From Octopus vulgaris (lineage: Eukaryota), in assembly GCA_951406725.2 (NCBI GenBank), contig OX597819.1:34534001-34598000 (forward strand): a stretch of DNA of 64,000 nt. The letters run 5' to 3'. The position numbers and the translations under genes were made by a program. Within the stretch, counting starts at the first letter, position 1. Each line of letters begins with the position of its first letter. Below the pieces are notes generated by a model, which was not told where the DNA came from, did not search any database, and saw only the letters and a program-made list of their open reading frames with translations. Of the stretch, positions 28,802 through 42,559 are shown piece after piece.

Positions 28802-30444
28802 TAGATAAATAGGTGGTGTTGTCACCTTAGTAACTACCAAGTCTTGATTAAAAACACCAGAATTTTAAGTGCAATTCTGTCAACACAATGTAACAAAGAC
28901 CTCAAAAAGAGACTATGAATATATATAATGCATAAAGTTATTTGTGTGTGTATGTGTGTGTGTGTCTTTCAATATATAGACAATGCAACACAGACTTTAA
29001 AAAAAGACTTTCACTTTGAACAATTTATGAAGGTACATGTTTGATTAACAAATATGTTACTAGCAGCATAATAATGGACAATGACCTAGTAGCACATAAA
29101 TATTGTGTTGGAAATCCCTTTGGGACTGAAAAAGTTGAAGACTGCTTGTAAAACTTGAACCCACATCTGCTGTAGACATGACAAGACTATAGTTAAGAAT
29201 TTCTAACTCAACCTTATTGGCAGTTTTCTACACAGTTTCACTCGCAATGCTGGGATCAATATCCAACTATCTCTTTTATCTCTTTTACTTGTTTCAGTCA
29301 TTTGACTGTGGCCATGCTGGAGCACTGCCTTTAGTCGAGAAAATCGACCCCAGGACTTATTCTTTGTAAGCCTAGTACTTATTCTATCGGTCTCTTTTGC
29401 TGAACCGCTAAGTTACAGTGACGTAAACACACCAGCATAGGTTGTCAAACGATGTTGGGGAGACAAACACGGACACACAAACATATACATACACATATAT
29501 ATATATACATTTATATGACGGGCTTCTTTCAGTTTCCATCTACTAAATCTACTCACAAGGCTTTGGTCGACCAGAGGCTATAGTAGAAGACACTTGCCCA
29601 AGGTGCCACGCAGTGGGACTGAACCCAGAACCATGTGGTTGGTAAACAAGCTACTTACCACACAGCCACCCCTACGCCTATGATAAAACTATGATAAAAC
29701 ATATTTGTCCAACATATCTTACAATGAGATTGAACACAAGACCTGATTCATACTCATACTAATAAGTCAATGTGAAATCAGAGAAATGTTTAATATCATT
29801 AAATACCTAAAACAAGTAAAAAGTTTTGGTTCACAGAAAGAGCACTTAATTGATTCAAATGTCTGAAATCACAATAATGGTTCAAACTGATGGCCATCAA
29901 CATCAAAGTACTTTTAACTATGGAATACATGAACTTTGGCCCATCTCTAGGTACGCATCAACATAAATGAATATGACTGTTTCATTGTACATCAATAGGT
30001 CTGGGTCAATTTGCTTTGACTATTAATTGTGTATCACTCCACAGGGCAAAAGAACAAAATTAAGGTATGAATGTACAGGGAGACACTTGTTGGCTTGTGC
30101 AGAAATGTAGCCATACAGAGTGTATGGTAGAGTATATATATATATACATATACATATATGGCTGTGTGGTAAGAAGCTGAAGCTTGCTTCCCAACCGTAT
30201 GGTTCCAGGTTCAGTCCCTCCATGTACCACCTTGGACAAGTGTCTTCTACTAAAGCCTCAGGCCAACCAAAGCCTTGTAAGTGGATTTGATTAATGGAAA
30301 CTGAAAGAAGCCTATCATGTGTGTGTGTGTAAGGAGAGACAAAGGGATAGAGAGAAAGAGAGTCATGTGGCATATATTGAGGTACAAGTATATATGAACA
30401 AACAGGTATGTGATTTATCATTATATATATATATATATATATAT

Positions 30445-30812
30445 ATTAATAGTTATCGCCATACTAATATGGCAGTCTTATAAATATAAGACTAAAGCTG
30501 TCGATGATTAGCTCCATGAGAGGCCACCGCCTCAAGCTAGCTATTTGACACACAATCTGCGTCCATTATAGACTTTCGAACAGGGGAGGTCAGCCGCTTC
30601 ATCCTGCTGACCTCCCCTGTTCGAAAGTCTATAATGGACGCAGATTGTGTGTCAAATAGCTAGCTTGAGGCGGTGGCCTCATGGAGCTAATCATCGACAG
30701 CTTTAGTCTTATATTTATAAGACTGCCATATTAGTATGGCGATAACTATTAATTTCCAGTAACGCTGCCGTAATCTCTTTTAGAAAGACTTAGTAATTTT
30801 AATATTTCTATT
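30445..30812. mobile_element. Non-coding fold-back insertion in (TA)n, probably PLE-derived
   Basis: Arms 30445-30594 and 30606-30753 (one 2-bp indel), an 11-nt loop, a ~60-nt unique tail, and (TA)n on both sides. Confidence 0.7.
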
Positions 30813-31754
30813 ATATGTATATATATATATATATATATATTCATATTAGACGCTTGAAGCACAAAAATATAGTCATGTTGTGTCTAGAGTAGTACAAATA
30901 TATAGGTAAATAGTATGTACAGTGATACAAATATATATGCAAGCCTGATGTATAGTGGTACAAGTATATAATTGTGTGTAGAAAAAGATGCTACTTTAGC
31001 ATGCAGTCTACTGCAGTATCCGTAGTCTATGCTGTTCTGGATTAGGATAAGAGTTAAGAGCTAGGATTAGTGTCAGGCTGCATGCTAAAGTGTAAATGGC
31101 CAGGTGGACTGCATGCTAAAATGACACCAGAGCAAAAATATAGATAGAGCAAACTCATTCTGCAACAAAAGCCAATATGAGAGTTTCTCTCTTGGTATCT
31201 ACCCCAGTATAGTTTGTTCTAACAGAACATTCATGTTTAAGTAGGGATAAATATTACATCTGAGTATTAATACTACTTTTGTATATAGATATACAGTGTG
31301 TTTGATGGTCCAAATATAGTTATGTCGTGCATATAGTAAAACTATGTTTGCTGAACATTACAACTTGAAGATTGATTTAAAGAAATTCACAGTTCATAAG
31401 AAAGCAATGTCTGTTTATAAATAAAACATTTATGTGCTTCATTCTATGTTATATTATTGTTTAGTACTGCATGAACCAGCAAAGACATTCCAGCCAAGAC
31501 TGTTAATCTAAGACCACATCAATCGATTAGTCTTGCATTTTTGAATAGGGTGTATTTTAAGGGAGAATTGGTTGTTAGTTAGAGCATGTCAAGCAATAAC
31601 ATAGAGGCTCTAGCACTGATTCATGCAATGTTATGTAATACTGTGAGATAAAACTGTGCAAGTAGAAAATTTATAACTTTAGACTTGTTGCTTAAGAAAG
31701 TCATGTTTAATAGACTCGGACATAGCTGTGTAGTTAAGGATTGGAGTGGGTTGC

Positions 31755-32350
31755 TATCTGTAATATGAGATAGTAGTGGGATGGTTTTGTTACTGTAAGA
31801 CATAGTATAGTATGGTGGCTTGTTACAGTGTAACAGTATGACTTAGTAACAAGCAGAGTGACTCGTCATTGTGACACAGAAAGTAGAAGGGTAGCTTATC
31901 AGATTGTGACACAGCAAGGAGTTGGGTAGCTTGTCAGTGTAACTGAGCAAAGAGTAGGGTGGTTTGTCAGTGTGACAGTGGAATGGCTTGCATTAGTGTG
32001 ACAAAATGAGTTGCAGGGCGACTTGCTATAGTATGACATAGAAAGTAGTGAAGTGGCATATTACAGTATGACATAGCAAGTAGTGTGATAGTTTGTCAAG
32101 AGTGACATACCAAGGAGTGAGGTAGTTAGTCACAGTGTGACATAGCAAGGAGTGGGTGGCTTGCTTTAGTGTAATCTAGCAAACAGTGGGGTAGTTTGTA
32201 GTGTAATATAGCAAGCAGTGTAATAGCTAGTCACAGTGTAACATAACAAGGAGTGGAGTGGCTTGTTGTAGTATGACATAGCAAGCAGTGGAGAGGCTGG
32301 CTTGTCACAGCATGATGTAGCAAGCAGTCGAGTAATTATCCACAGTGTTA
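31755..32350. repeat. Diverged ~33-bp minisatellite
   Basis: Recurrent gtgtgacatagcaag(g/c)agtg..gtggcttgtcaca. Confidence 0.85.
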
Positions 32351-33624
32351 CAAACCATGATGTCCAGTTTTGGGTCTATAGGATACAGGAGTCCTGTTGC
32401 ATAATAGTATGAAGTGGTATGCTGCAGCAGAACATGTCAGTAGTGGATGTATGGTTTTAGTTTTGATGGAAAAATATTAATTACAGCAATAGCTTCTGAT
32501 ATACCAACATCTCCAAGGCAATGCAGACAATCCATATATCTTTAAATTGATTGTGGTTGGTCAGGAGAAAAAAAACAAAACAAATATTAAATAAAAAAAA
32601 AAGAAAAAACAAAAATAAACCAGCATTCATTGGCAATGATTAGATAAGTGAATAGCTGTGTATCTAAAGTATTAAACTACTGAGAATTACATCAGTTGTA
32701 ACAACTGTGGAAAACCAACAAGAATCTAAAAATGAAGCCAGGCAGTTTTTCTGAGTCTTTTTATAATATCAACTAATCAGAATCTGAAATTCTTAATATA
32801 GATTTCTATGGATTCTAGCGCAATTTGTCTCTGTTTTTATTTATCTTTTTCATTCTTTTTTTTTTTTTCCCACTTCTCATTGCAATTACAAGAGTTTTCA
32901 TTCTCTGCCCTCATCACAAATTCCTCATACCCTGCTGCAGTAATCCTGGGTGTGTTTTGTTCAATAAAACAATAAAATTTAACTGATTCTTGTAACCCTG
33001 AAGCTGCATGCAGTAAACAGTAATATATTCATATAATACAACACAATTTGTGAGTTTGTTTTTTAAACACGAAAAACACTGTGCAAAACACTAAAAAAAA
33101 ATCTGTAGTAAAATGTTTTACATATTTGTTTCTTTACATTTCTTTTCTGTTTTCTCATTTAATATTTGTCAATTCCAAACAATTCTATGGAACACTAAGA
33201 ACAGCAATCATTATATTTACAGGAAAAGAAGAAAACTAGTTAATGCTTTAATTCTAAATCAAACAAATTGGACTTGGATCTAAATGTGACATGACATTAA
33301 ATTGTCTTAAATTTGAAATGTACCAATTAATTTAATTTGACATTGATGAAATAAATAGTGGTTTGTTGGTAGATAGCTCTGTTATCTTTGATTCATCAAA
33401 TTTGATACGTTAGAATGGTTAATAAGAACATTTATTGGTGGAATTTCAAACCATTTAAACCAGTTTTATACGGGATAAAAAGTTGAAGTTAACTTTAATT
33501 AATATTTTAATTTATATAATTATACTACTGAATAAAAATTATGGAACATTTGTAAAACTGTCTGATCTATGTCATAACAGAAAGGAAGGCACGTGTGTGT
33601 GTGTTTGTGTGTGTGAGAGAGAGC

Positions 33625-33703
<79 letters not shown>

Positions 33704-34457
33704 GGACAGACAGACAGAACAAGTTCAAGTGGTCTGCTAATTTGAACTTCTATGTAGTCTCTGTCCTGTCCAATACAGCAGCCAAATTCCCCTCAACAAA
33801 TGACAGCACAACCGGAGTAAAGATACTGAGGGCTTGGCTATAACAGGGATTGAACATGGAAGTTTTTTTTCCCTTGATCTAAAATGTTGAACAACTTATT
33901 CCTTAAACTGGAGTTTCTATGCAGTCGTTCAATCTTCTAGAAATAGCAACTAAATTTCTTTCAAATCATACTCTACTGTTTTAAAAAAGGGAAGACAAAT
34001 TGCATGGTGTGTACAAAATGGTGTGTCGAAAGAAAAACAGGATGGCCACAGATGGAATGCCTTTAATCATAGGACTGCTCAATTATAGCTGATAATGGAC
34101 TGGATAACAAACATAAATTGTATTTAGTAATTTTAGAACCAAATGTTGTGCTTTCATAAAAATTTCTGGGGAGAAAAATGACTGAAGTTAAAGAATTATT
34201 GAAGATAATTACAGAGATGGTAAGTTTGATTGTCTTGCTTCATCAAGTGAGAATATACATGGCTAAAACTCAAGTAAGAGATATAATTTAAGATCCATTC
34301 TTCATTGAAGTTAATAACAAAAAAATGTTGTGACAGTTTCAAATAGTTTAAACTGATTTTAGAATTAACTTTGGTTTGAAAGCGCGAAATCCTCCAGAAA
34401 TATGTCCTGGAAGTTTCAATACACTAGGATCATTTCCTGGTACTTGCCAATGCTTCA

Positions 34458-34898
34458 CCCTTTAGCATTTAACCCTTTACTGTTCAGATTATTCTATCAA
34501 ACATAATGCTTATTGATTCCCATTGATTTGAATTAATCATGCATTTTCTCATATCTTCAAGATCTTGATGATGTAATTACTTAATGTAGAATAACATTGT
34601 AGGGTAGGTGTGGAGGCCTGGATCTGGTCAGTCTGAACATAAAACAGATTAAATATTTTGGCCGGATATGGCCAGCTTAAATACTAAAGGGTTAAACTGA
34701 TCATATCTGGCCTAAATATTCTCTGTTTTACATTCAAGCTGGCCAGATCTGGTCTCTCACACCTACCCAACAATAACATTCTAATAATAAACAATTACTA
34801 CATCGAAATCCTGAAACTACAAGATAATGCATGATTAATTCAAAACAATATGAATAAATAAGCATTATATCTGACAGAGTAATCTAAACGCTAAAGGG
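34458..34898. mobile_element. Two nested piggyBac-type MITEs of one family in opposite orientation (inner copy 34473-34691)
   Basis: cccttta...taaaggg termini, with the inner copy bounded by TTAA. Related copies lie at ~25177-25400, ~42195-42416 and ~45728-46360. Confidence 0.75.
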
Positions 34899-35104
34899 AT
34901 AAATATCACTGCAGTAGACATAGCAACCCAGTGGTTTAGTTTCCCGTCTGGCTATTCAATATGTTGTAATAACATTATAACAAACACAGCAACCTAATGG
35001 CTAATTCTATTCCTGGTTATTACAGAATGTGATAGAAACTAATATTTGAAAAATAATGACTTCTAATTTGGATACAAAGCCAATAAGTTAAGAGGGGAAG
35101 TTCG

Positions 35105-35346
35105 CTCTATCTGCAACGATTTCATCTCAATCGAAGGAGAGGGGCTTTCTCCATCCGGGTTGCAGATCCGTGGAATAAGCTGCCGGACGAGATAGTGAAG
35201 ATGCTGACGACCGCTCGGTTCAAAGTCTCCCTTGACCAGAAATGGCCTGAACTCTTTGCATGAACACCACCCTGTACATAACTCTATGTCCCCCTACATG
35301 GCCTTGCTTTTTGCTTTTTGAGCCAAAAAATTAACTTAACTTAGTT
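35105..35346 (+). mobile_element. CR1-group LINE 3' fragment
   Basis: Translates LYLQRFHLNRRRGAFSIRVADPWNKLPDEIVKMLTTARFKVSLDQKWPELFA*, followed by a short UTR and a (ttaac)n tail. Confidence 0.8.
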
Positions 35347-35702
35347 CAGTCGTTCCCAAACTTTTTTAGGTTGCCCCTCACCACCACCACCACCACTCAC
35401 CCACCCACCCTTCCTAGCGCCCTCACCCCAACTAACCATCACAAACACAGACTTCTTTCTGAAGCAAATTCAAAGCAACTGTATTTCACAAATAAAACTT
35501 AACCTAACGAACCTGTTATTTTGTTGTCTTTACATGAATCGCTACCTCATTATCACCCCACTTCCTACATTAATTGCCACCCCATTATTGTCCCACTTTT
35601 TACATGAATTGCTACCCTATTATCACCCCACTTTTCTTCAACATCCCTTTGGAACTTTCCACTACCCCATGGGGGCAATACTGCCCACTTTGAGAACCAC
35701 TG
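35347..35702. mobile_element. hAT (Charlie-like) MITE
   Basis: cagtcgttcccaaa / tttgagaaccactg termini, with 8-bp flanks acttagtt / ggttagtt. Confidence 0.7.
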
Positions 35703-35838
35703 GGTTAGTTGATATCATACATGGCTAGTACTTTATTTTATTGACTCCTACAAGGACAGAAAGCAATATTGACCCCAGCAGAATTTAAACTCAGAATGTA
35801 AAGAACTGAAGGTGATTAGCAGAACAGACAAAATGTTT

Positions 35839-36224
35839 GGGATTGGAAGCACTCCGTCGGTTACGACGACGAGGGTTCCGATTGATCCAATCAACGGAAC
35901 AGCCTGCTCATGAAATTAACGTGTAAGTGGCTGAGCACTCCACAGACACGTGTACCCTTAACGTAGTTCTCAGGGAGATTCAGCGTGACACAGAGAGTGA
36001 CAAGGCCGGCCCTTTGAAATACAGGTACAACAGAAACAGGAAGTAAGAGTGAGAGAAAGTTGTGGTGAAAGAGTACAGCAGGGATCACCACCATCCCTGC
36101 CAAAGCCTCGTGGAGCTTTAGGTGTTTTCACTCAATAAACACTCACAACGCCCGGTCTGGGAATCGAAACCGTGATCCTACGACCGCGAGTCCGCTGCCC
36201 TAACCACTGGACCATTGCGCCTCC
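35839..36224 (-). mobile_element. tRNA-derived SINE (head A, tail type 2) with TSD
   Basis: A and B boxes on the minus strand, with 12-bp TSD gacaaaatgttt. It is inserted into another SINE. Confidence 0.9.
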
Positions 36225-39068
36225 TGACAAAATGTTTAGCAGCATTTCTTCTAGCTTTAAGTTCTGAGTTTAAATTCTGCCAAGTTTGATTTTTGCCTTT
36301 CGTTCTTTTGAGTGTATGATGAAATAAGTATTAACTGAGCATGGTAGTGGGGTGAGGGCTATAATGAAATTACCCTCTCCCTCAAAATTTTTAGGCTTTG
36401 TGCCTGTAGTAGAAAGTAAGAAGAAAGAAATGTAAAGAGCTGACAAAAGAAATACTGAAAAGCATTTTGTTTGGTGCTCTAACGATTCTACAGATCCATC
36501 ACAGCTGCCAATATTAGAAACAAGAAAAAAACAAGATAAACAGCTGATACACTAGTATTTCCATGTAATGACACTGTCAGGAAAGGAAGGACAAAACTGG
36601 AAATGAAGAAAAGAAGTTCACTCAAAAGGCCAAGCAACAGTGTTAAATTGGTTAACAGTGGTGGTGCCCCAGCATAGCCGCAGCCTTCGGGCTAAAACAT
36701 TTTTATGGATTTAAGATTAAATCTACCACCTAAGAACATGGATAATCTCTCCAAACAACAGTATTTCACTAAATTTCACTTACAAGGAACTTGACATACA
36801 GAAGGATTGAACCTGAAGTCACATTGTTGTGAAGCAAACTTCTTACCCACGCAGTCATATCTGCACTCTTGGACCATGTGTCTGTCTGGAAACATTAAGA
36901 TTCCGACATAAAATATTAAAGGGAAATAAAACTATGCTTGAAACTGTAATCTTTGGTGAAATTTGCAGCATTTTCTGTTGTCTGGTTAGAAACAGCTTAA
37001 AGATGATTCTAAAACTGTCTGGTCCTATGCTGAAACTAACACATAACTGATGGCAAATGATAACTATGTCTATATATAATACATACAATGATGTCTACAT
37101 AAATATATATATAATAACACAGATGGGTGGTGTATTTGTTCTACACTAGTGAATGTATGCACAACTGGAAGGACTAATCTGTATTTGTTTAGTAAGTATG
37201 TGAGTGTCCATACATATTGTTAGTGCACACATATACTATCCCCAACTCTCTAGCTTGGCAGCTCTGTTATTAAAATACCTTCATTCTGTTGGATTCTGAA
37301 AATTATATATATATATGTATGATAACTATCTGCATAACTTTATCTACATAAATATATATAATCATGCCTACAAAAATATAACTGTATCTACATAATTATA
37401 TATAAGTATAGCTCCAATAAATACATAAATATATGTCTACATAAATATATCATAATTGTATTTGCATAAATATATAACTACATTTATGTACATATATACA
37501 ACAATGTTTACATAAATATAGGCTAGCTATACCTGCATAAATCTACTAAAATAAACTTCATTGTGTATATGCATGTATGTATATCCTCATTGTGAAGGTA
37601 CATGGCTCAGTGGTTCGAATCCCGGACCGGGCTGCATGTTGTGTTCTTGAGCAAGACACTTTATTTCACGTTGCTCCAGTTCACTCAGCGACGTCACAGG
37701 TGCTAAGCTGTATCGGCCTTTGCCTTTCCCTTGGATAACATCGGTGGCGCAGAGACGGAGGCCAGTATGCATGGGCGACTGCTGGTCTTCCATAAACAAC
37801 CTTGCCCGGACTTGTGCCTGTGAGGGTAACTTTCTAGGTGCAATCCCATGGTCAGTCATGACTGAAGGGGGTCTCAGCTCAGCAGAATATCCTCATCATA
37901 TATATACACACACACACACAAACCACCACCACCACCACCACACACCACACACCACACACCACACACACACATAGGTTGCCCTGATAAACCATAATAGTAC
38001 TAAGACAAGAGACAGAAGAAGAGAACAACTAATGAAGGGAAGATAAAAGGAAGCAAATGATGGGATGGAAGAGAAAGAGGGTTAAAAAGAAGAGTGATGA
38101 GAGGAGAGAAAATCTCACTCACATATACATGCACACTAACATATGTATGTGTACATACATGTACATACAAATTGTGTCATAGGTAATTAGGACATAACAG
38201 TATGTTTGAAAATTCATCCTCTTCAATTCTGGTATCTTCAAGATTCACAGTGCAAAATTCGCAAAATTTCACATGTAAAAAAGTATTCTTTTCTCAATTG
38301 AACACACACACACACACACACTTACACAAGTACATTCACATATTCAAATAGTATGAGCAGCCAAAACCTCAAAAGTAAATGGAAATACCTCATTCAGGAA
38401 ACATTTGAAGTTTCTTTTTAATTATGTCTTTTCTTTCCTGCACTGAAAGAAATACGATATATATATATATATATATATATATCTTTTCTGTCCCACTAAA
38501 TCATTCATTTTAATATATTGCTTAAATAATTTATTTTATGGAGATCAGTGCTAGAACAAAGAAAACTGTGAGTTGGCTTTCTTTCACAAATATTTTCAAG
38601 GGATTTTCTCAGCAATATCATTCATGTAAACCCATGTAACTAAACTGCAAGCAATAAAATCCACACACTTTCACAAACAGCATTTTTTTTACAATAAATG
38701 TGTATGCTCAACAATGATTGCATAAATAGCTGCATAAATCTCCCAGCCATGGAAAAATTTACTTCAACAAATACCCTCTGATTCATGCAAGTATGGAAAA
38801 GTGGATGTTAAATTATGATAATAATGATCACACACACACACACACACACACACATGCACACAGATAGAAATGTGTGTTTCCAAACACCACCTAACTGTGT
38901 GAAGTCATGTAGCTGAAATATCAGTATAGAAAATTAGAAGACTATCAAAAGCTCCATTCAAAAGAACGTTGATTGTAATTACAGTGATATAGACACATTT
39001 TAAAGTAATACAGAACGCTGAGAAACACTGATGTAGTCCAGAATTACAGTATTTTTAATTCAGCATAT

Positions 39069-39486
39069 GGATCTTTTCGGTTTGAACGGCAGTTTTTTCT
39101 AGCGGTGTCATATGAAATTGTCACCCATAATTATGACCCTAGTATCAATCTATTGCAATTCAATCTGTTTTAGGGTTAGGGTTAGGGGTGGGGGAAGGGT
39201 ATCTTTTTTTCTTCACAAATGTAAATAAACTCAATCTGTTTCTTAAACGAGGAACATATTCATACGGCACAGAATGTTTTTTTACCTCAATAGACGTCAG
39301 TGATTGGTTGAAATTGCAGAAATTGAAGAAAAAAAAACAACAAATATCTTACAAACTATAGAATTTTCTCAATAAAGCCAAGAGAAAAAGATGTTTTATA
39401 AACACATTCTACCTGTATACGAAGTTTAAAATTTTTTAGTTACCTAGAAATTATGTTAAAAACTGCCGTTCAAACCGAAAAGATCC
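39069..39486. mobile_element. MITE with 28-bp TIRs and probable 8-bp TSD (superfamily unresolved)
   Basis: ggatcttttcggtttgaacggcagtttt / aaaactgccgttcaaaccgaaaagatcc, flanked by cagcatat / cagcaaag. It contains an internal (TTAGGG)3. Confidence 0.85.
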
Positions 39487-39699
39487 CAGCAAAGAAATAA
39501 AGCAGTTTTATTTAAGAATGTCTTTAAATGTTACATGGACTGAGTGAGATGAGGAAAATAATAAAATTGTAATTCAGATAGCATATCACACCTTGCTCAA
39601 TATTAAATTCCAAGCAAAGAATGCCATATTAAATTAAGGAACTTGCAAAACCCTATCATGCAATGCAACTGCAAGCATAGGAGATGGACAAAAGATTAA

Positions 39700-40037
39700 T
39701 GGAAAAAAGGCATTGAGGCGCAATGCCTACCCTGTGTGCACACAAGGATAAAATATAATTTAATTTAATAATCTCAGATGAATTCATATTTCAACAAAAT
39801 GACATCAAGAGTTATTTCCCCTGCTTATTGCATATGCATATGTAACAAAGAAAAAAAAAACATTTTGATTCACCTGACCAACATTTAATGAGTTCGAGTC
39901 ACTCACTCAATGAGTATTTCTGCCAAATTTAGTGAAAATCCGTTCAGCCGTTTTTCAGTAATTTTGCAAACACACAGATAAACAAACAAAGATGAGCAAC
40001 TACAATACCCTTACTTTCACTTACATATGCAGGGTAA
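39700..40037 (+). mobile_element. Helentron/DINE-1-like (HINE) non-autonomous element
   Basis: ccaaatttagtgaaaatccgttcagccgttttt core, an acag/aaac microsatellite, a 5' hairpin aggcattg..caatgcct and a 3' taccct..agggta hairpin. A related architecture lies at ~55455-55780 (minus). Confidence 0.5.
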
Positions 40038-41707
40038 TGAATAAGTACAATAAACAGCTACTGGACAAAAGCTTGGTCAAGATATACAATAGATATATCC
40101 TTGTCTTAATGAGTTTGTATGCATTAATGTATATCAGTTTAAGAATTTCTACTGAATGTGGGAATATTTGATGAAATATTTGAAGAGAAAATCTTCATTG
40201 ATGAAGGAGAAAATAAACTGTACTTGTAATGAACTTGGTTTTATTTAATCCCCAAGTCAGTCCTGATCAAACAAGCCTAAGATCAGATATGACGATGGGT
40301 CTCAATATTTGCAACCCAGTAGAAGTAAAGAGCTAGAGCCCAGCAATTATTTAATCTGGCTCAGCTGTGACAGGAAATTTACTAGACAAACCAATCTTGG
40401 TGGGAAATGTTATACATTACAAAGATAATTCACATATGGACATGTAAACCTGTAATTGTAAATCTGAAACTAAGACTAACAAGATGAATGTTTCCTTTCA
40501 GAACATCAATATTGTATTACAATTACATATTCAAAACATATGTTTGTGATCCCAGAAAATATCTTTGCTTATTACTTTAGATAGTTACCTAGTTTGTGAA
40601 CATAAGAGATAGAGAAGCCTCCAAAGTTTACTCTTAACACAAAGATGTGACAGGAAATAATATTTAAGTTAATTTTGAAACAAAGTTAAAACAAACACAC
40701 ATATGCACACATGCACACATGCACACACGCACACACTGCTATCAGCTATCTAATATAATCTGTAGGTAAAATATCCAAAATTGTATACATAGGAAGGACT
40801 AATTACATTAAAGTATATCAGAAAGAGAGAAACAATAGAAAATATAATCACCAGAAACATTAGAGAACCATACTAATTAAACGGATAACTCCTAAGGACA
40901 AAAATAGAGAATAATTTAATCATTCATTAAAAACAAAAGAATGAATAAATTTAATTCTTTTTCAAAACTAATGTAAGATAAATCAGATAAATAATTCAGG
41001 AATAGACAAACTGAAATCCTAAATTACATTGCTTTAATGTCATTTATTTTCTCTTTGCTGACAAAAGATTGCACAGTAGAGTGTCCTACTGTTTATTCTA
41101 AACATAAAGTTTCAGACTCACATATCTTAGTTACCAGCAAATTAGTATAACTAACCTACATTTGTTTTCTATTTACCCTATGTCTAGTTTATGTTGCATC
41201 AACCACAAACTGATGGCAATCCTTCTTCACTCAACATTTCTACCTTAGTGTAATCAATTTACTCATCTATCTGGTATATATAAGCTATGGACCCTGATAC
41301 CACCCAACCCATTTTTAAACTGTCTTACCTACCTCTATTCCACTCAGCTAATTAGCTGATATTTGGGTGGGTTCTTTACCATTAATTGTCAGATCTGAAG
41401 AAAAAGGGTATGCTTATGACTTTCACAGTCTCTCAGAGATCAGTGAGATTAAAGTCCTAGTTGCTCTTGCACTATTGCAATTCAACGCTTGTGAGAAAAC
41501 ATGGGCAGAGGGGGGAGTTCCAGAGGGATGAAAGTCTAGAGAGGAAGGACAGGGAATACTGCTTAGTGTGAAGCCTAAGAGATATATGAGCAAGAAGAAT
41601 GATGAGAAGAGGAGAGACAAGTGAGCTAGGAGCACCAGGAATTAACGTGAGACCAACCAGCTCTGAGGAGCTGAGGCATGAGTAGTAATAAGAAAGGCAG
41701 AGAGACA

Positions 41708-41952
41708 AAGAGAGGCTGGAGTGTGATTAACTTCATGCCAATCAGTTGGGAGGCCCAAGAGAGGCTGGAGTGTGATTAACTTCATGCCAATCAGTTGGGA
41801 GGCCCAAGAGAGGCTGGAGTGTGATTAACTTCATGCCAATCAGTTGGGAGGCCCAAGAGAGGCTGGAGTGTGATTAACTTCATGCCAATCAGTTGGGAGG
41901 CCCAAGAGAGGCTGGAGTGTGATTAACTTCATGCCAATCAGTTGGGAGGCCC
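41708..41952. repeat. Perfect 49-bp tandem repeat x5
   Basis: aagagaggctggagtgtgattaacttcatgccaatcagttgggaggccc, five identical copies. Confidence 0.97.
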
Positions 41953-42559
41953 TTTTCATCAACGTATCTGTGTGCAGCAACAACACTGTCTCTATTGCAT
42001 ACCTCATCTAAGCTTTGTAGAATATCAATAATAACTGAGAGATGAAGTGTCATACATAACAGACATACAAATGTATAAATTTTGTTTTTGGTAACTCAAC
42101 GCAGCACCTATAAAAATTTATGGAAGATAAAAGGCAGAAAATAATATTTAGACCAGAGTCCTGGCTAAAATAGTTACAGAGGGAACTCCATTGACCCTTT
42201 AACATTTACATTATTCTGTCAAATGCTACACTTACGAATTCACACTATTTTCAATTAGTCATGCATTACCTTGTAGCTTTGATATTCCGATGAGGTAATT
42301 GTTAATTTTTTTAATGATATTTTAGGGATGGTGTGAGAGACCAAATCTGGCCAGTTTGAGCATAAAACAGGTAGAATATTTTGGCCAGATATGGTCAGTT
42401 TAAATGCTAAATGGTTACAGGTACCCATGAATCAGGTAGAAGTTCTTCCGAAAACTTTCTACAGTTTCTGTCAACCAAATTTCACTCACAGTTCTTTGGC
42501 TGACACATCAATATGGTAAAAGGCATTTGATTACGTTGCTTCACATAAGGTACAAAGCA

